Below, piece after piece: positions 1-9,141 of a stretch of DNA of 64,000 bases. Origin of the DNA: Desulfatiglandales bacterium (lineage in GTDB: Bacteria; Desulfobacterota; DSM-4660; Desulfatiglandales; HGW-15); contig CAXXJJ010000004.1 in NCBI GenBank assembly GCA_963667015.2, positions 128,001-192,000 of the forward strand, in the 5' to 3' direction. Position 1 is the first letter of the stretch, and each line of letters begins with the position of its first letter. Made by a program: the position numbers and the translations under genes. Under the pieces are notes generated by a model. It was not told the DNA's origin, made no database searches, and saw nothing but the letters and a program-made list of their open reading frames with translations.

Positions 1-497
1 CGGTTTATGAAAGGGAAATCGTTATTGATGTAAGTGAGATAAGCCCACAGGTTGCATGGCCGCATTCTCCTGATAATGTAAAACCTGTTTCAGAATCAGG
101 CGATGTGATACTTGATCAGGTATTCATAGGCTCCTGCACAAACGGTAGACTGGAAGACCTTACACAGGCAGCCGAAATACTGAAAGGAAGAAAAAAGGCC
201 GATGGATTGAGACTGATTGTCATTCCAGGGTCTCCATTGATCTATAAACAGGCTATTCAGCAGGGTATTATAGAAACCTTTATTGATGCCGGAGCTACTA
301 TCGGACCTCCTACATGCGGTCCCTGTCTTGGCGGACATATGGGTATTTTAACAAAAGGCGAAAAATGCGCATCTACGAGCAACAGGAATTTTCTCGGCAG
401 GATGGGTGATATTGAAAGCGAAGTATATCTGGTAGGACCTGCAATTGCAGCGGCGTCCGCTGTTCTGGGCCGTATCGGCTCACCTGACGAGTTATAA
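1..497 (+). CDS. leuC: 3-isopropylmalate dehydratase large subunit, 3' part (5' truncated by window)
   Basis: Frame is open from base 3 (VYEREIVIDV...PHSPDNV). Aconitase-family motifs IGSCTNGR, CGPCLGGH and STSNRNF; adjacent to leuD. Confidence 0.93.
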   Translation, partial: VYEREIVIDVSEISPQVAWPHSPDNVKPVSESGDVILDQVFIGSCTNGRLEDLTQAAEILKGRKKADGLRLIVIPGSPLIYKQAIQQGIIETFIDAGATIGPPTCGPCLGGHMGILTKGEKCASTSNRNFLGRMGDIESEVYLVGPAIAAASAVLGRIGSPDEL

Positions 498-515
498 ACC
501 GGAAAGGAGATAAAG

Positions 516-998
516 ATGGAAATACAAGGAAAAGTCTGGAAATTTGGAGACAATATAGATACTGATGTAATTATCCCTGCCCGGTTCCTCAATGTATCAG
601 ATAAGGATATTCTGGCAAAAAATTGTTTTGCAGACCTGCGTCCTGATTTTGGAGGCAATGCAGCCGGTGATATTATAGTGGGCGGAAGTAATTTCGGATG
701 CGGTTCATCACGAGAGCATGCCCCGCTGGCAATTAAATCTTCAGGAGTAGGTGTTGTTATTGCAAAAAGTTTTGCGCGGATTTTTTACAGAAACGCGTTT
801 AATATAGGTCTTCCAATACTTGAATCAAAGGAAGCTGTTGACGCCATTGAAGATGGTGATTCATTAAGCGTCGATCTGGTTACAGGCGAAATAACCAACA
901 ATACCAAGGGCGGAAAATATTGCGCAAGTCCGATTCCTGATTTTATGAGACAGATTATTGATGCAGGCGGACTGGTTGAATATGTAAAAAATAAATAA
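516..998 (+). CDS. leuD: 3-isopropylmalate dehydratase small subunit
   Basis: [40 protein letters not shown]. Confidence 0.93.
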   Translation: MEIQGKVWKFGDNIDTDVIIPARFLNVSDKDILAKNCFADLRPDFGGNAAGDIIVGGSNFGCGSSREHAPLAIKSSGVGVVIAKSFARIFYRNAFNIGLPILESKEAVDAIEDGDSLSVDLVTGEITNNTKGGKYCASPIPDFMRQIIDAGGLVEYVKNK

Positions 999-1005
999 AT
1001 TAAAA

Positions 1006-1043
1006 CTGAAGGCTATTAGTTTACTATATCTAACAGCCTTCAG
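1006..1043. terminator. Hairpin between leuD and ilvB
   Basis: CTGAAGGCTATTAG...CTAACAGCCTTCAG, a 14-bp inverted repeat with 1 mismatch; weak U tract. Confidence 0.45.
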
Positions 1044-1072
1044 CCTTTAGCCTAAAATGCTAATAAAAGGGG

Positions 1073-2770
1073 GTGGTTACCATCAAAATCAAAGGTACTG
1101 AAATATTGATGAGAGTGCTGGAAGAGGAAGGCGTAGATATTATCTTCGGGTTTCCGGGCGGTGCGGTTATTGATATCTATGATGAAATGGTCAAGAGTGA
1201 GAAAATTAAGCATATCCTCGTACGGCATGAGCAGGGAGCCGTGCATGCTGCTGACGGTTATGCAAGGGCGGCAGGAAAACCTGGAGTGTGTCTTGTGACA
1301 TCGGGACCGGGTGCAACAAATACAGTGACCGGTATAGCCTCTGCCTATCTGGACTCTATACCAATGGTAATAATAACAGGGCAGGTTAATACCAGCCTTA
1401 TAGGAAATGATGCATTTCAGGAAGTGGATATAGTAGGTATCACACGTCCCTGTACAAAACATAACTATCTGGTCAGGGATGTCAAAGATCTTGCAAAAAC
1501 AATAAAGGAAGCGTTTTATATCGCCACTACAGGCCGACCGGGCCCGGTCCTTGTGGATATACCCAAGGATGTTGTGCAGGCCTTTACCGAATATAAGCCT
1601 ATAAAGGCTGTGAAGATGAGATCCTATAATCCTACATATGAGCCGAACATGAAGCAGCTCGACAGGGTAATAGGTATGATAAGGGAGGCAAAACAGCCCC
1701 TTATATTTGCCGGAGGCGGTGTAATTCTTTCGAATGGATCAAAGGAATTTACCAAATTTGCCAAAAAGATACAGGCTCCGGTTACAACAAGTCTGATGGG
1801 GCTTGGTGCATTCCCTGCCTCAGACCCTCTATGGCTTGGCATGCTTGGAATGCATGGAACCTACAGGGCCAATATGGCAACGGCCAATTGTGATCTGCTT
1901 ATAGGGATAGGTGTAAGGTTTGATGACAGGGTCACAGGTAAAATATCCACCTTTGCTTCAAAGGCAAAGATTGTTCATATTGATATTGATCCAACATCAA
2001 TAAGTAAAAATATCCCTGTTCATATCCCTATTGTAGGCGATTGTAAAATAACCCTTGGGAAATTAAACAGTCTTCTTGAGACAGAAAATATCAAGGGAAT
2101 AAAAGCAGCAAGGAAACCATGGTTTGATAAAATAATTGAATGGAAGTCAACAAACCCACTGGCATATGATCAGAAGGATATTATTAAACCACAGTTTGTT
2201 GTTGAAAAATTATTTGAGGTTACAAGGGGTGATGCAATCATTACAACTGAAGTAGGGCAGAACCAGATGTGGTCGGCACAGTACTATCACTTTGAAAAGC
2301 CAAATTGTTTTATAACTTCAGGCGGACTTGGTGTTATGGGATTCGGGCTGCCTGCGGCAATCGGTGCTCAGGTAGCACGTCCTGATGCCACAGTTATTGA
2401 TATTGCCGGAGACGGCAGTATACAGATGAATATACAGGAGATGGCTACAGCAATGCAGTTTGGTCTGCCAGTCAAGGTTGCCATACTTAACAACGGATAC
2501 CTGGGGATGGTTCGGCAGTGGCAGGAACTTTTTTATGATCGATGCTATGCATGTACCCAAATGGAGCATACCCCTGATTTTGTGAAACTGGCAGAAGCAT
2601 TCGGGGCAGTTGGGCTCAGGGCAACAAAACCCGATGAGGTTGTGCCTGTTATTAAAAAGGCTATGGAAATAAAAATGCCTGTAATAATGGATTTTGTTGT
2701 TGAAAAGGAAGAGGGCGTTTACCCCATGGTCCCGGCTGGGGCTGATATAACTGAAATGCTGCTCGTTTAG
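1073..2770 (+). CDS. ilvB: Acetolactate synthase large subunit (start uncertain; see findings)
   Basis: [29 protein letters not shown] ThDP-binding motif, GMVRQWQ. Confidence 0.96.
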   Translation: MVTIKIKGTEILMRVLEEEGVDIIFGFPGGAVIDIYDEMVKSEKIKHILVRHEQGAVHAADGYARAAGKPGVCLVTSGPGATNTVTGIASAYLDSIPMVIITGQVNTSLIGNDAFQEVDIVGITRPCTKHNYLVRDVKDLAKTIKEAFYIATTGRPGPVLVDIPKDVVQAFTEYKPIKAVKMRSYNPTYEPNMKQLDRVIGMIREAKQPLIFAGGGVILSNGSKEFTKFAKKIQAPVTTSLMGLGAFPASDPLWLGMLGMHGTYRANMATANCDLLIGIGVRFDDRVTGKISTFASKAKIVHIDIDPTSISKNIPVHIPIVGDCKITLGKLNSLLETENIKGIKAARKPWFDKIIEWKSTNPLAYDQKDIIKPQFVVEKLFEVTRGDAIITTEVGQNQMWSAQYYHFEKPNCFITSGGLGVMGFGLPAAIGAQVARPDATVIDIAGDGSIQMNIQEMATAMQFGLPVKVAILNNGYLGMVRQWQELFYDRCYACTQMEHTPDFVKLAEAFGAVGLRATKPDEVVPVIKKAMEIKMPVIMDFVVEKEEGVYPMVPAGADITEMLLV

Positions 2771-2824
2771 GTTTCATCAGGCCGTAATAGTGAAATACAG
2801 GTAAAAAAACAGGAGTTATTACCT

Positions 2825-3322
2825 ATGGATAATGATATGGAGAAAAAACATATTCTTTCTCTGCTTGTTGAGAATGAACCGGGTGTCCTTGCCAGAATAT
2901 CCGGTTTATTCAGCGGAAGAGGTTTTAATATCGAGAGCCTTTGTGTAGCCGAAACAAACGACGATAACATCTCGCGTGTTACGCTTGTGACCACCGGCGA
3001 CATGAATATCCTGGAACAGATTAAAAAACAGCTTAACAAGCTTGTTTCCGTTATTAAAGTTCTCGAATTTACCGGAACACCCTATGTGCAAAGAGAACTT
3101 GCTCTTATTAAAATTAATGCAAAGAGTGAAAACAGGGCTGAGGTATTGAGGATTGCTGATATCTTCCGATCAAGGATTGTTGATGTCAGCCCGGGTCATT
3201 TTACAATAGAAGTTACTGGCAGTGAGGATAAAATTTCTGCTATTCAGGAACTTTTAAGACCCTTCGGAATCAAGGAAATTGCAAGAACCGGCGCAATAGC
3301 ACTTGCAAGAGACAAGAAATAA
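2825..3322 (+). CDS. ilvN: Acetolactate synthase small (regulatory) subunit
   Basis: ACT domain LVENEPGVLARISGLFSGRGFNIESL; EIARTG C-terminus. Confidence 0.95.
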   Translation: MDNDMEKKHILSLLVENEPGVLARISGLFSGRGFNIESLCVAETNDDNISRVTLVTTGDMNILEQIKKQLNKLVSVIKVLEFTGTPYVQRELALIKINAKSENRAEVLRIADIFRSRIVDVSPGHFTIEVTGSEDKISAIQELLRPFGIKEIARTGAIALARDKK

Positions 3323-3434
3323 GTATATGTGATGGTTGCGCTGGATTTTTATATAATTAATTAAACTGAATTAAATTATATTTTAATATATTAATCATAA
3401 TATAGATGATAAGTACATTTAAGGAGGATATAGA

Positions 3435-4487
3435 ATGGCAAAGATAAATTTTGGAGGAGTTGAAGAAGAGGTTACCACTGTTGATGAATTTCCACTGGAA
3501 AAGGCCAGGGAGATTCTTAAGGATGAAACCATAGCTATTATCGGTTATGGTGTTCAGGGCCCGGGACAGTCTCTTAATATGAAGGACAATGGCTTTAACG
3601 TTATAATTGGTGCATCAAAAGAACGTAAGGCCGGCTGGGAAAAGGCAGTTGCAGACGGATGGGTACCTGGAGAAACACTCTTCGAAATAGAAGAAGCAGC
3701 AAAAAAGGCAACAGTTATCCAGTTTCTGGTTTCAGATGCTGCCCAGAAGACCGTATATCCTTTGATTAAAGAATGTCTGAATCCGGGCGATGCCCTTTAT
3801 TTTTCGCATGGTTTTGGAATTGTTTATAAGGATCAGACAGGGATTATTCCTCCTGAAGATGTTGATGTTATTCTTGTTGCACCCAAGGGTTCAGGTACAT
3901 CCGTAAGAAGAAATTTTCTTGCCGGCGCCGGTATCAACTCAAGTTATGCCGTTTTCCAGGACTATACCGGAAAAGCCGAAGAAAGGACAAAGGCTTTAGG
4001 TATTGCAATTGGTTCAGGCTATCTGTTTCCGACAACATTCGAGAGAGAGGTAACGAGCGATCTGGTCGGTGAAAGAGGTGTGCTTATGGGTTGTCTGGCA
4101 GGTACCATGGAAGCACAGTATAATGTATTAAGAAAGAATGGTCACAGCCCCAGTGAAGCATTTAATGAAACGGTTGAAGAGCTGACCCAGAGCCTTATCC
4201 GTCTGGTTGATGAGAATGGCATGGACTGGATGTACGCAAACTGCAGTGCAACCGCACAGAGAGGCGCTCTTGACTGGAAAGACAAATTCCGTGATGCAGT
4301 TGCTCCTGTATTTGATGACCTTTATAACAGCGTTAAGACTGGAAATGAATGCGCGATTACAATCAAGGCGAACAGTCAGCCTGATTACAAAGAAAAACTC
4401 CAGGTAGAACTGGGTGCAATTAAAAATTCAGAGATGTGGCAGGCAGGTGCGGCTGTACGTCAACTAAGGCCTGCAAACAGAAAATAA
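3435..4487 (+). CDS. ilvC: Ketol-acid reductoisomerase
   Basis: IGYGVQG, SHGF, VAPKG, SDLVGERGVLMG; strong RBS AAGGAGG. Confidence 0.96.
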   Translation: MAKINFGGVEEEVTTVDEFPLEKAREILKDETIAIIGYGVQGPGQSLNMKDNGFNVIIGASKERKAGWEKAVADGWVPGETLFEIEEAAKKATVIQFLVSDAAQKTVYPLIKECLNPGDALYFSHGFGIVYKDQTGIIPPEDVDVILVAPKGSGTSVRRNFLAGAGINSSYAVFQDYTGKAEERTKALGIAIGSGYLFPTTFEREVTSDLVGERGVLMGCLAGTMEAQYNVLRKNGHSPSEAFNETVEELTQSLIRLVDENGMDWMYANCSATAQRGALDWKDKFRDAVAPVFDDLYNSVKTGNECAITIKANSQPDYKEKLQVELGAIKNSEMWQAGAAVRQLRPANRK

Positions 4488-4510
4488 TAAGAGGCTTTTT
4501 TAATATAAAA

Positions 4511-4551
4511 AAGGGCGATCAATAGACAAAAGTAACTATTGATCGCTTTTC
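4511..4551 (+). terminator. Rho-independent terminator after ilvC
   Basis: GCGATCAATAG...CTATTGATCGC followed by TTTT. Confidence 0.7.
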
Positions 4552-4570
4552 TATTTCCAGGGAGTTACTG

Positions 4571-5164
4571 ATGGTGAAATTATGTGCTGTTTATGGAAGT
4601 CCCCGCCGAAAGGGAAATACTTCGTTATTACTGAAAAAGGCAATTGAGGGGGCCAGAGATGCGGGTGCAGAGGTAACCGAGGTAGTATTGCGTGATAAAA
4701 AACTGTCACCATGCCTTGAAATATACGGGTGTAAGAATGATGGAAAATGTGTAATAAAAGATGACTTCCATGAAATAGTCGAGCAGATGCTTGTGTCAAA
4801 TGGAGTTATGCTGGCTTCTCCTATTTTTTTCTATTCGGTAAGCGCACACACAAAGATGCTCATTGACCGCTGCCAGTCACTGTGGATGAAAAAATATTAT
4901 ATAGAAAAGGCAGACAGGAAGAACTGGATTCCAAAGAGAAAAGGGCTTTTTATTTCACTGGGGGCAACAAACGGTAAAAAACTTTTTGATGGCCCGCTGC
5001 TTACTATAAAGTATTTCTTTGATGTACTTGACATGACACTGCATAAAAGTCTTTTATATCGCGGTATTGATCTGGAAGGTGAGATAACTGATTACCCTCA
5101 ATACCTTGAAGAGGCCTATCAGGCCGGCAGGGACCTTGTTGAAGCGGTTAAAGAGGAGCAATAA
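4571..5164 (+). CDS. Flavodoxin-family / iron-sulfur flavoprotein-like NAD(P)H-dependent FMN reductase
   Basis: GSPRRKGNT, CLEIYGC...C, ASPIFF, IDRCQ. Confidence 0.85.
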   Translation: MVKLCAVYGSPRRKGNTSLLLKKAIEGARDAGAEVTEVVLRDKKLSPCLEIYGCKNDGKCVIKDDFHEIVEQMLVSNGVMLASPIFFYSVSAHTKMLIDRCQSLWMKKYYIEKADRKNWIPKRKGLFISLGATNGKKLFDGPLLTIKYFFDVLDMTLHKSLLYRGIDLEGEITDYPQYLEEAYQAGRDLVEAVKEEQ

Positions 5165-5167
5165 CAA

Positions 5168-5914
5168 ATGGGTTGGTTTGGTAAATTAACATTAGGTTCA
5201 CTTGGACTCTTTATGGGAGGTCCTCTCGGGGCCATAGCCGGAGGGGCGCTCGGACATATACTGTTTGACAAGGAAGACAGTTTCTCATCAAAGGCGCTCC
5301 CATTCGGGCATGCAGAGCAGGCACAGGCCGCATATTTTATAAGTCTCTTTTCCATATTGGGGAAACTTGCCAAGGCAGATGGTGTTGTAAGCAGAGAAGA
5401 AATCAATATAGTGAATCATTTTCTATCAACTCTCAGGCTGCCTGAGCAGCAGAAGCAGTTTGCTAAAAATATTTTTAATGAAGCAAAGAATTCTCCATAC
5501 AGCATAGATGATTTTGCAGCACAGCTTTACCAGGTGAACCAGGCCCAGCCTACAATACTGCTTTCATTTATGGATCTTTTATTCAAGGTGGCTGCTGCGG
5601 ATGGTAAACTACATGAGGATGAAGAGGCAGCATTATCAAGAATAAAGAATATATTCAGGATAAGTGATTCTCAATTTGCAGATCTGAAATCGGTATACTT
5701 CAAACAGAATGACATGCATTACAGGACACTTAACTGCACAACGCAAAGCACTGATGAGGAAGTAAAATCCAGCTACAAAAAACTGGTAAAGGAATACCAC
5801 CCGGATATGATAATCTCAAAGGGATTGCCTGAAGAGTTTGTGGATGTGGCTACAAAGAAATTTCAGGAAATACAGGAAGCCTTTACAAAAGTAAGGCAGG
5901 AAAGAGGGTTTTAA
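5168..5914 (+). CDS. djlA: DjlA-type co-chaperone (TM + TerB-like + J domain)
   Basis: N-terminal Gly-rich TM segment, AKADG motif, C-terminal J domain with HPD. Confidence 0.85.
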   Translation: MGWFGKLTLGSLGLFMGGPLGAIAGGALGHILFDKEDSFSSKALPFGHAEQAQAAYFISLFSILGKLAKADGVVSREEINIVNHFLSTLRLPEQQKQFAKNIFNEAKNSPYSIDDFAAQLYQVNQAQPTILLSFMDLLFKVAAADGKLHEDEEAALSRIKNIFRISDSQFADLKSVYFKQNDMHYRTLNCTTQSTDEEVKSSYKKLVKEYHPDMIISKGLPEEFVDVATKKFQEIQEAFTKVRQERGF

Positions 5915-5997
5915 TTCCCGATGATATGCCAGAGCGATCGGTTTTAAAAAAACTTATCATCTATAAAATATAAAAATCAAATCAGGAGGATTCTCCC

Positions 5998-6651
5998 ATG
6001 TTTTTTAAGGCGGTTATTTTTGACCTGGATGGAACACTCCTTGATACGCTTTCGGATCTTGGTGACTCAATGAACAGCGTTCTTGAAAGGCATGGATTTC
6101 CTCAGCATAACCTTGAGTCATATAAATACATGATAGGCGATGGTGTCGAATTTCTCGTAAAACGGGCTCTTCCCGAATCAATAAATGATCCGGAAGAAGT
6201 AAAAGAGTTCATAACTGAATATCGCACAGAATATGAAAAAAACTGGAAAAATAAAACTAGGCCATATGATGGTATTGTTGAACTTATAGGTTCACTGCAT
6301 TCAATGGGTCTGAAACTGGCGGTACTTTCAAATAAACCCCATGATTCGACAGAAATGTGTGTCAGGGAATTTCTGCCATTTAATAAATTCGATATTGTTC
6401 TGGGGCATCGTACAGGAAAAAATCCAAAACCCGATCCAAACGGAGCGGTTGAGGTAGCAGAAAGGTTTAAGGTGTCTCCTGATCAGATTCTTTATCTGGG
6501 GGATACTGGTGTTGATATGAAAACTGTTGTTTCCGCCGGCATGTATCCGGTTGGTGTACTCTGGGGATTCCGCACTAGGAATGAATTATTGGAAATCGGG
6601 GCAAAGGATCTCCTTGATAAGCCGGAGGATTTGCTTCCGGTTATTCGATAG
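5998..6651 (+). CDS. HAD-family hydrolase (phosphoglycolate phosphatase-like)
   Basis: FDLDGTL, SNK, KPDP, GDTGVD motifs. Confidence 0.88.
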   Translation: MFFKAVIFDLDGTLLDTLSDLGDSMNSVLERHGFPQHNLESYKYMIGDGVEFLVKRALPESINDPEEVKEFITEYRTEYEKNWKNKTRPYDGIVELIGSLHSMGLKLAVLSNKPHDSTEMCVREFLPFNKFDIVLGHRTGKNPKPDPNGAVEVAERFKVSPDQILYLGDTGVDMKTVVSAGMYPVGVLWGFRTRNELLEIGAKDLLDKPEDLLPVIR

Positions 6652-6729
6652 AGAATTAAAGTGATCAGCATAACGGGTTCCTCATTTTATTTTTTGAATT
6701 AATAAACATGACACCAGTTTTAGAACATT

Positions 6730-7911
6730 ATGAAAAAAAATAAGAATGAAAAAACCATTATCCATCTTGATATGGATGCATTTTATCCCTCGGTTGAGAT
6801 TCTGGATAATCCGGAATTAAGGGGGAAACCTGTTATTGTCGGAGGAGGCAGTAAAAGGGGGGTGGTTTCTTCAGCATCCTATGAAGCCAGAAAATATGGA
6901 GTTCACTCTGCGCAGCCAATTGCTCAGGCCTTGAAGCTTTGTCCCCATGGCATTTTTCTTCCTGTAAGGATGGCACGCTATAAGGAGCTGTCTGATAAAA
7001 TCTTTGAAATATTTCATCGTTTCTCACCCCTTGTTGAGCCCCTTTCCATTGATGAAGCCTTTCTTGATATAACAGGTACGGAAAGACTTTTAGGTAACCC
7101 TGTAACTGTTGCAAAAAAACTGAAAAAGAAAATCCTTACTGAAACAGGGCTTACTGTTTCAGCCGGTGTGGCACCATCAAAATTTATTGCCAAGATAGCA
7201 TCGGATATGGACAAACCTGACGGGCTAACGGTTGTTTCTGCTGATGAGATTCAAGCATTTCTTGATCCGTTGCCTGTTTCAAAGATGTGGGGTGCAGGAA
7301 AGGTTACTATCGAAAAATTATCACGTTACAATATTAAAACCTTCTATGACCTCAGGAAGTTCCCGGTTGAGATCATCGAGAGATCTTTCGGCAAGAATGG
7401 TCTGCGAATGCAACTTCTTTCAATGGGCATTGACGACAGGGGTGTTGAGGTCGAACATGAAACAAAATCAATAGGCCATGAAGAGACCTTTCAGGAAGAT
7501 ATAACAGATCTTGAGGTTTCAGAAAGACACCTGCTTGATCTTGCAATGAAAACAGCAGAAAGGATGAGGCATCACCATCTGAAGGGGAGAACTGTAACCC
7601 TGAAGGCCAGGTATAATGATTTTACCCGGGTAACCCGGTCCCTGACGCTTGATGAACACACTGATGACGGCATGCTGATATATTCTACTGTTCGAATGCT
7701 GTTAAAAAAAACAGAAACCGGTAAACGGCCGGTAAGGCTCCTGGGGGTTTCCATGTCAGGCCTTGCCATGGATGGCCTGTCGGGCCAGACATCTTTTCTC
7801 TCAAAGGATGAAAAAAAAGAAAAGTCCGAAAAACTCAATAAGGCTATCGATTCTCTTCATGATCGTTTTGGAAAAAAGAGTGTAGTCCCCGCAAGATTGT
7901 TAACAGACTAA
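6730..7911 (+). CDS. dinB: DNA polymerase IV
   Basis: HLDMDAFY, SYEARKYG, SIDEAFLD, AKIASD...KPDG. Confidence 0.95.
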   Translation: MKKNKNEKTIIHLDMDAFYPSVEILDNPELRGKPVIVGGGSKRGVVSSASYEARKYGVHSAQPIAQALKLCPHGIFLPVRMARYKELSDKIFEIFHRFSPLVEPLSIDEAFLDITGTERLLGNPVTVAKKLKKKILTETGLTVSAGVAPSKFIAKIASDMDKPDGLTVVSADEIQAFLDPLPVSKMWGAGKVTIEKLSRYNIKTFYDLRKFPVEIIERSFGKNGLRMQLLSMGIDDRGVEVEHETKSIGHEETFQEDITDLEVSERHLLDLAMKTAERMRHHHLKGRTVTLKARYNDFTRVTRSLTLDEHTDDGMLIYSTVRMLLKKTETGKRPVRLLGVSMSGLAMDGLSGQTSFLSKDEKKEKSEKLNKAIDSLHDRFGKKSVVPARLLTD

Positions 7912-7923
7912 TCCCGAATATTC

Positions 7924-8643
7924 TCAGGATTCTTTGAACTCATAAATCATGTGTTTACATCTCTTTGCTATTCTCTCCACGATCTCTTCTCTGCGGTTAT
8001 GCATCCAGTCAGGCATAACCTTATTCCAGTTGGAAGATTCCGGTATATGTATGAGGGTCGGGCCTTTCAGATTCGGTTCAACCTTGAATTCCGCTGTTTT
8101 TTTACCTTCTGTGTAAAGAATATAGGCAAATGAAATAACAACAACATAATCATCTTCATCAGTTAATTCTTTTTCGGCCTTTAATGACTGCGATATATTT
8201 TCATTCTGTGGGCTATCTTCATCGATCTGTCTGATACGCGGAATATGCCTCCCGCCCTCAAAAGGGGTTTCAATCCACAATCTTACAATTTCTATGGCAT
8301 CTTCCCTTGAAATCATTCTTTCGCCGAGAGAGATCATATTGGCATCATTGTGTTTTCTTGCCATTACTGCGCTTTCACTGTTCCAGCACAGTGCACACCT
8401 GATCCCCTTTATCCTGTTTGCAGTCATCGCCTCACCATTACCGGAACCGCCAAGTACTATACCTCTCTCATATTCTCCACGACTTACAGCCATGGTCACA
8501 GGGCGAATAAAAAGGGGATAATCTACCGCATCATCACTGAATGTCCCAAAGTCTTTTATGTCGTGACCTTCTTTTGTAAGGTATTCTATTAATGTTGATT
8601 TATATGAAAAACCCGCATGGTCCGAACCGATTGCAATCTTCAT
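7924..8643 (-). CDS. rpiB: Ribose-5-phosphate isomerase B with a ~90-aa C-terminal extension
   Basis: MKIAIGSDHAG, DYP, GGSGNGE, HNDAN, FEGGRH; start at 8643 chosen from the AGGAG RBS. Confidence 0.9.
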   Translation of the reverse strand: MKIAIGSDHAGFSYKSTLIEYLTKEGHDIKDFGTFSDDAVDYPLFIRPVTMAVSRGEYERGIVLGGSGNGEAMTANRIKGIRCALCWNSESAVMARKHNDANMISLGERMISREDAIEIVRLWIETPFEGGRHIPRIRQIDEDSPQNENISQSLKAEKELTDEDDYVVVISFAYILYTEGKKTAEFKVEPNLKGPTLIHIPESSNWNKVMPDWMHNRREEIVERIAKRCKHMIYEFKES

Positions 8644-8659
8644 TCGATTTCTCCTGGTA

Positions 8660-8971
8660 TTAATCACTCATAGGTTTTGAAAGTATTTTTCCGGATGCAT
8701 TGCATATAAATACAATAAAGTTGTTATCTATACAGTATTGTTCCAGGAGTCCATATTTAATTGCCTGTGCTTCATATTTATGTGCTTTATCTTTGTTGAT
8801 TAAATCAAGAGATTTCACTGCGTCATCCTTTTCATAAAAGGCAGGGATAAATGAAATATCGTTTTTCTCATCGTATTGCCCCAGAAACATTTCATTTCCG
8901 CCCGGGTCCTGAACTATGACCCATAACCAGGTATCTTTTTCGAGTGTCATAATGGTCTCCGTATTAGTCAT
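8660..8971 (-). CDS. Hypothetical protein
   Basis: 103-aa ORF co-oriented with rpiB and glgA, filling the gap; natural-looking composition. Confidence 0.7.
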   Translation of the reverse strand: MTNTETIMTLEKDTWLWVIVQDPGGNEMFLGQYDEKNDISFIPAFYEKDDAVKSLDLINKDKAHKYEAQAIKYGLLEQYCIDNNFIVFICNASGKILSKPMSD

Positions 8972-9002
8972 CTGATGGATTTGTATTTATTAGCCCTGTC
9001 TT

Positions 9003-9083
9003 CGTCATTCCCGTGCACACGGGAATCCATTTGAGATATTTAAATGCCAAAGCCAATGGATACCCGCCTTCGCTGATATGACG
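9003..9083. repeat. Inverted pair of CGTC-type REP-like palindromes
   Basis: CGTCATTCCCGTGCACACGGGAATCCA...TGGATACCCGCCTTCGCTGATATGACG; the first arm has an ATTCCC-N8-GGGAAT core, the second arm is degenerate. Confidence 0.7.
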
Positions 9084-9141
9084 TCTTACCAAGTTTTATT
9101 TAAAATGTTTAAATAATTATTTCACATTAATTTTACTATTT

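Noticed and set aside
6652..6729. LexA box upstream of dinB
   Set aside because: No convincing palindrome, and none shared with the pdxA-uvrA upstream region.
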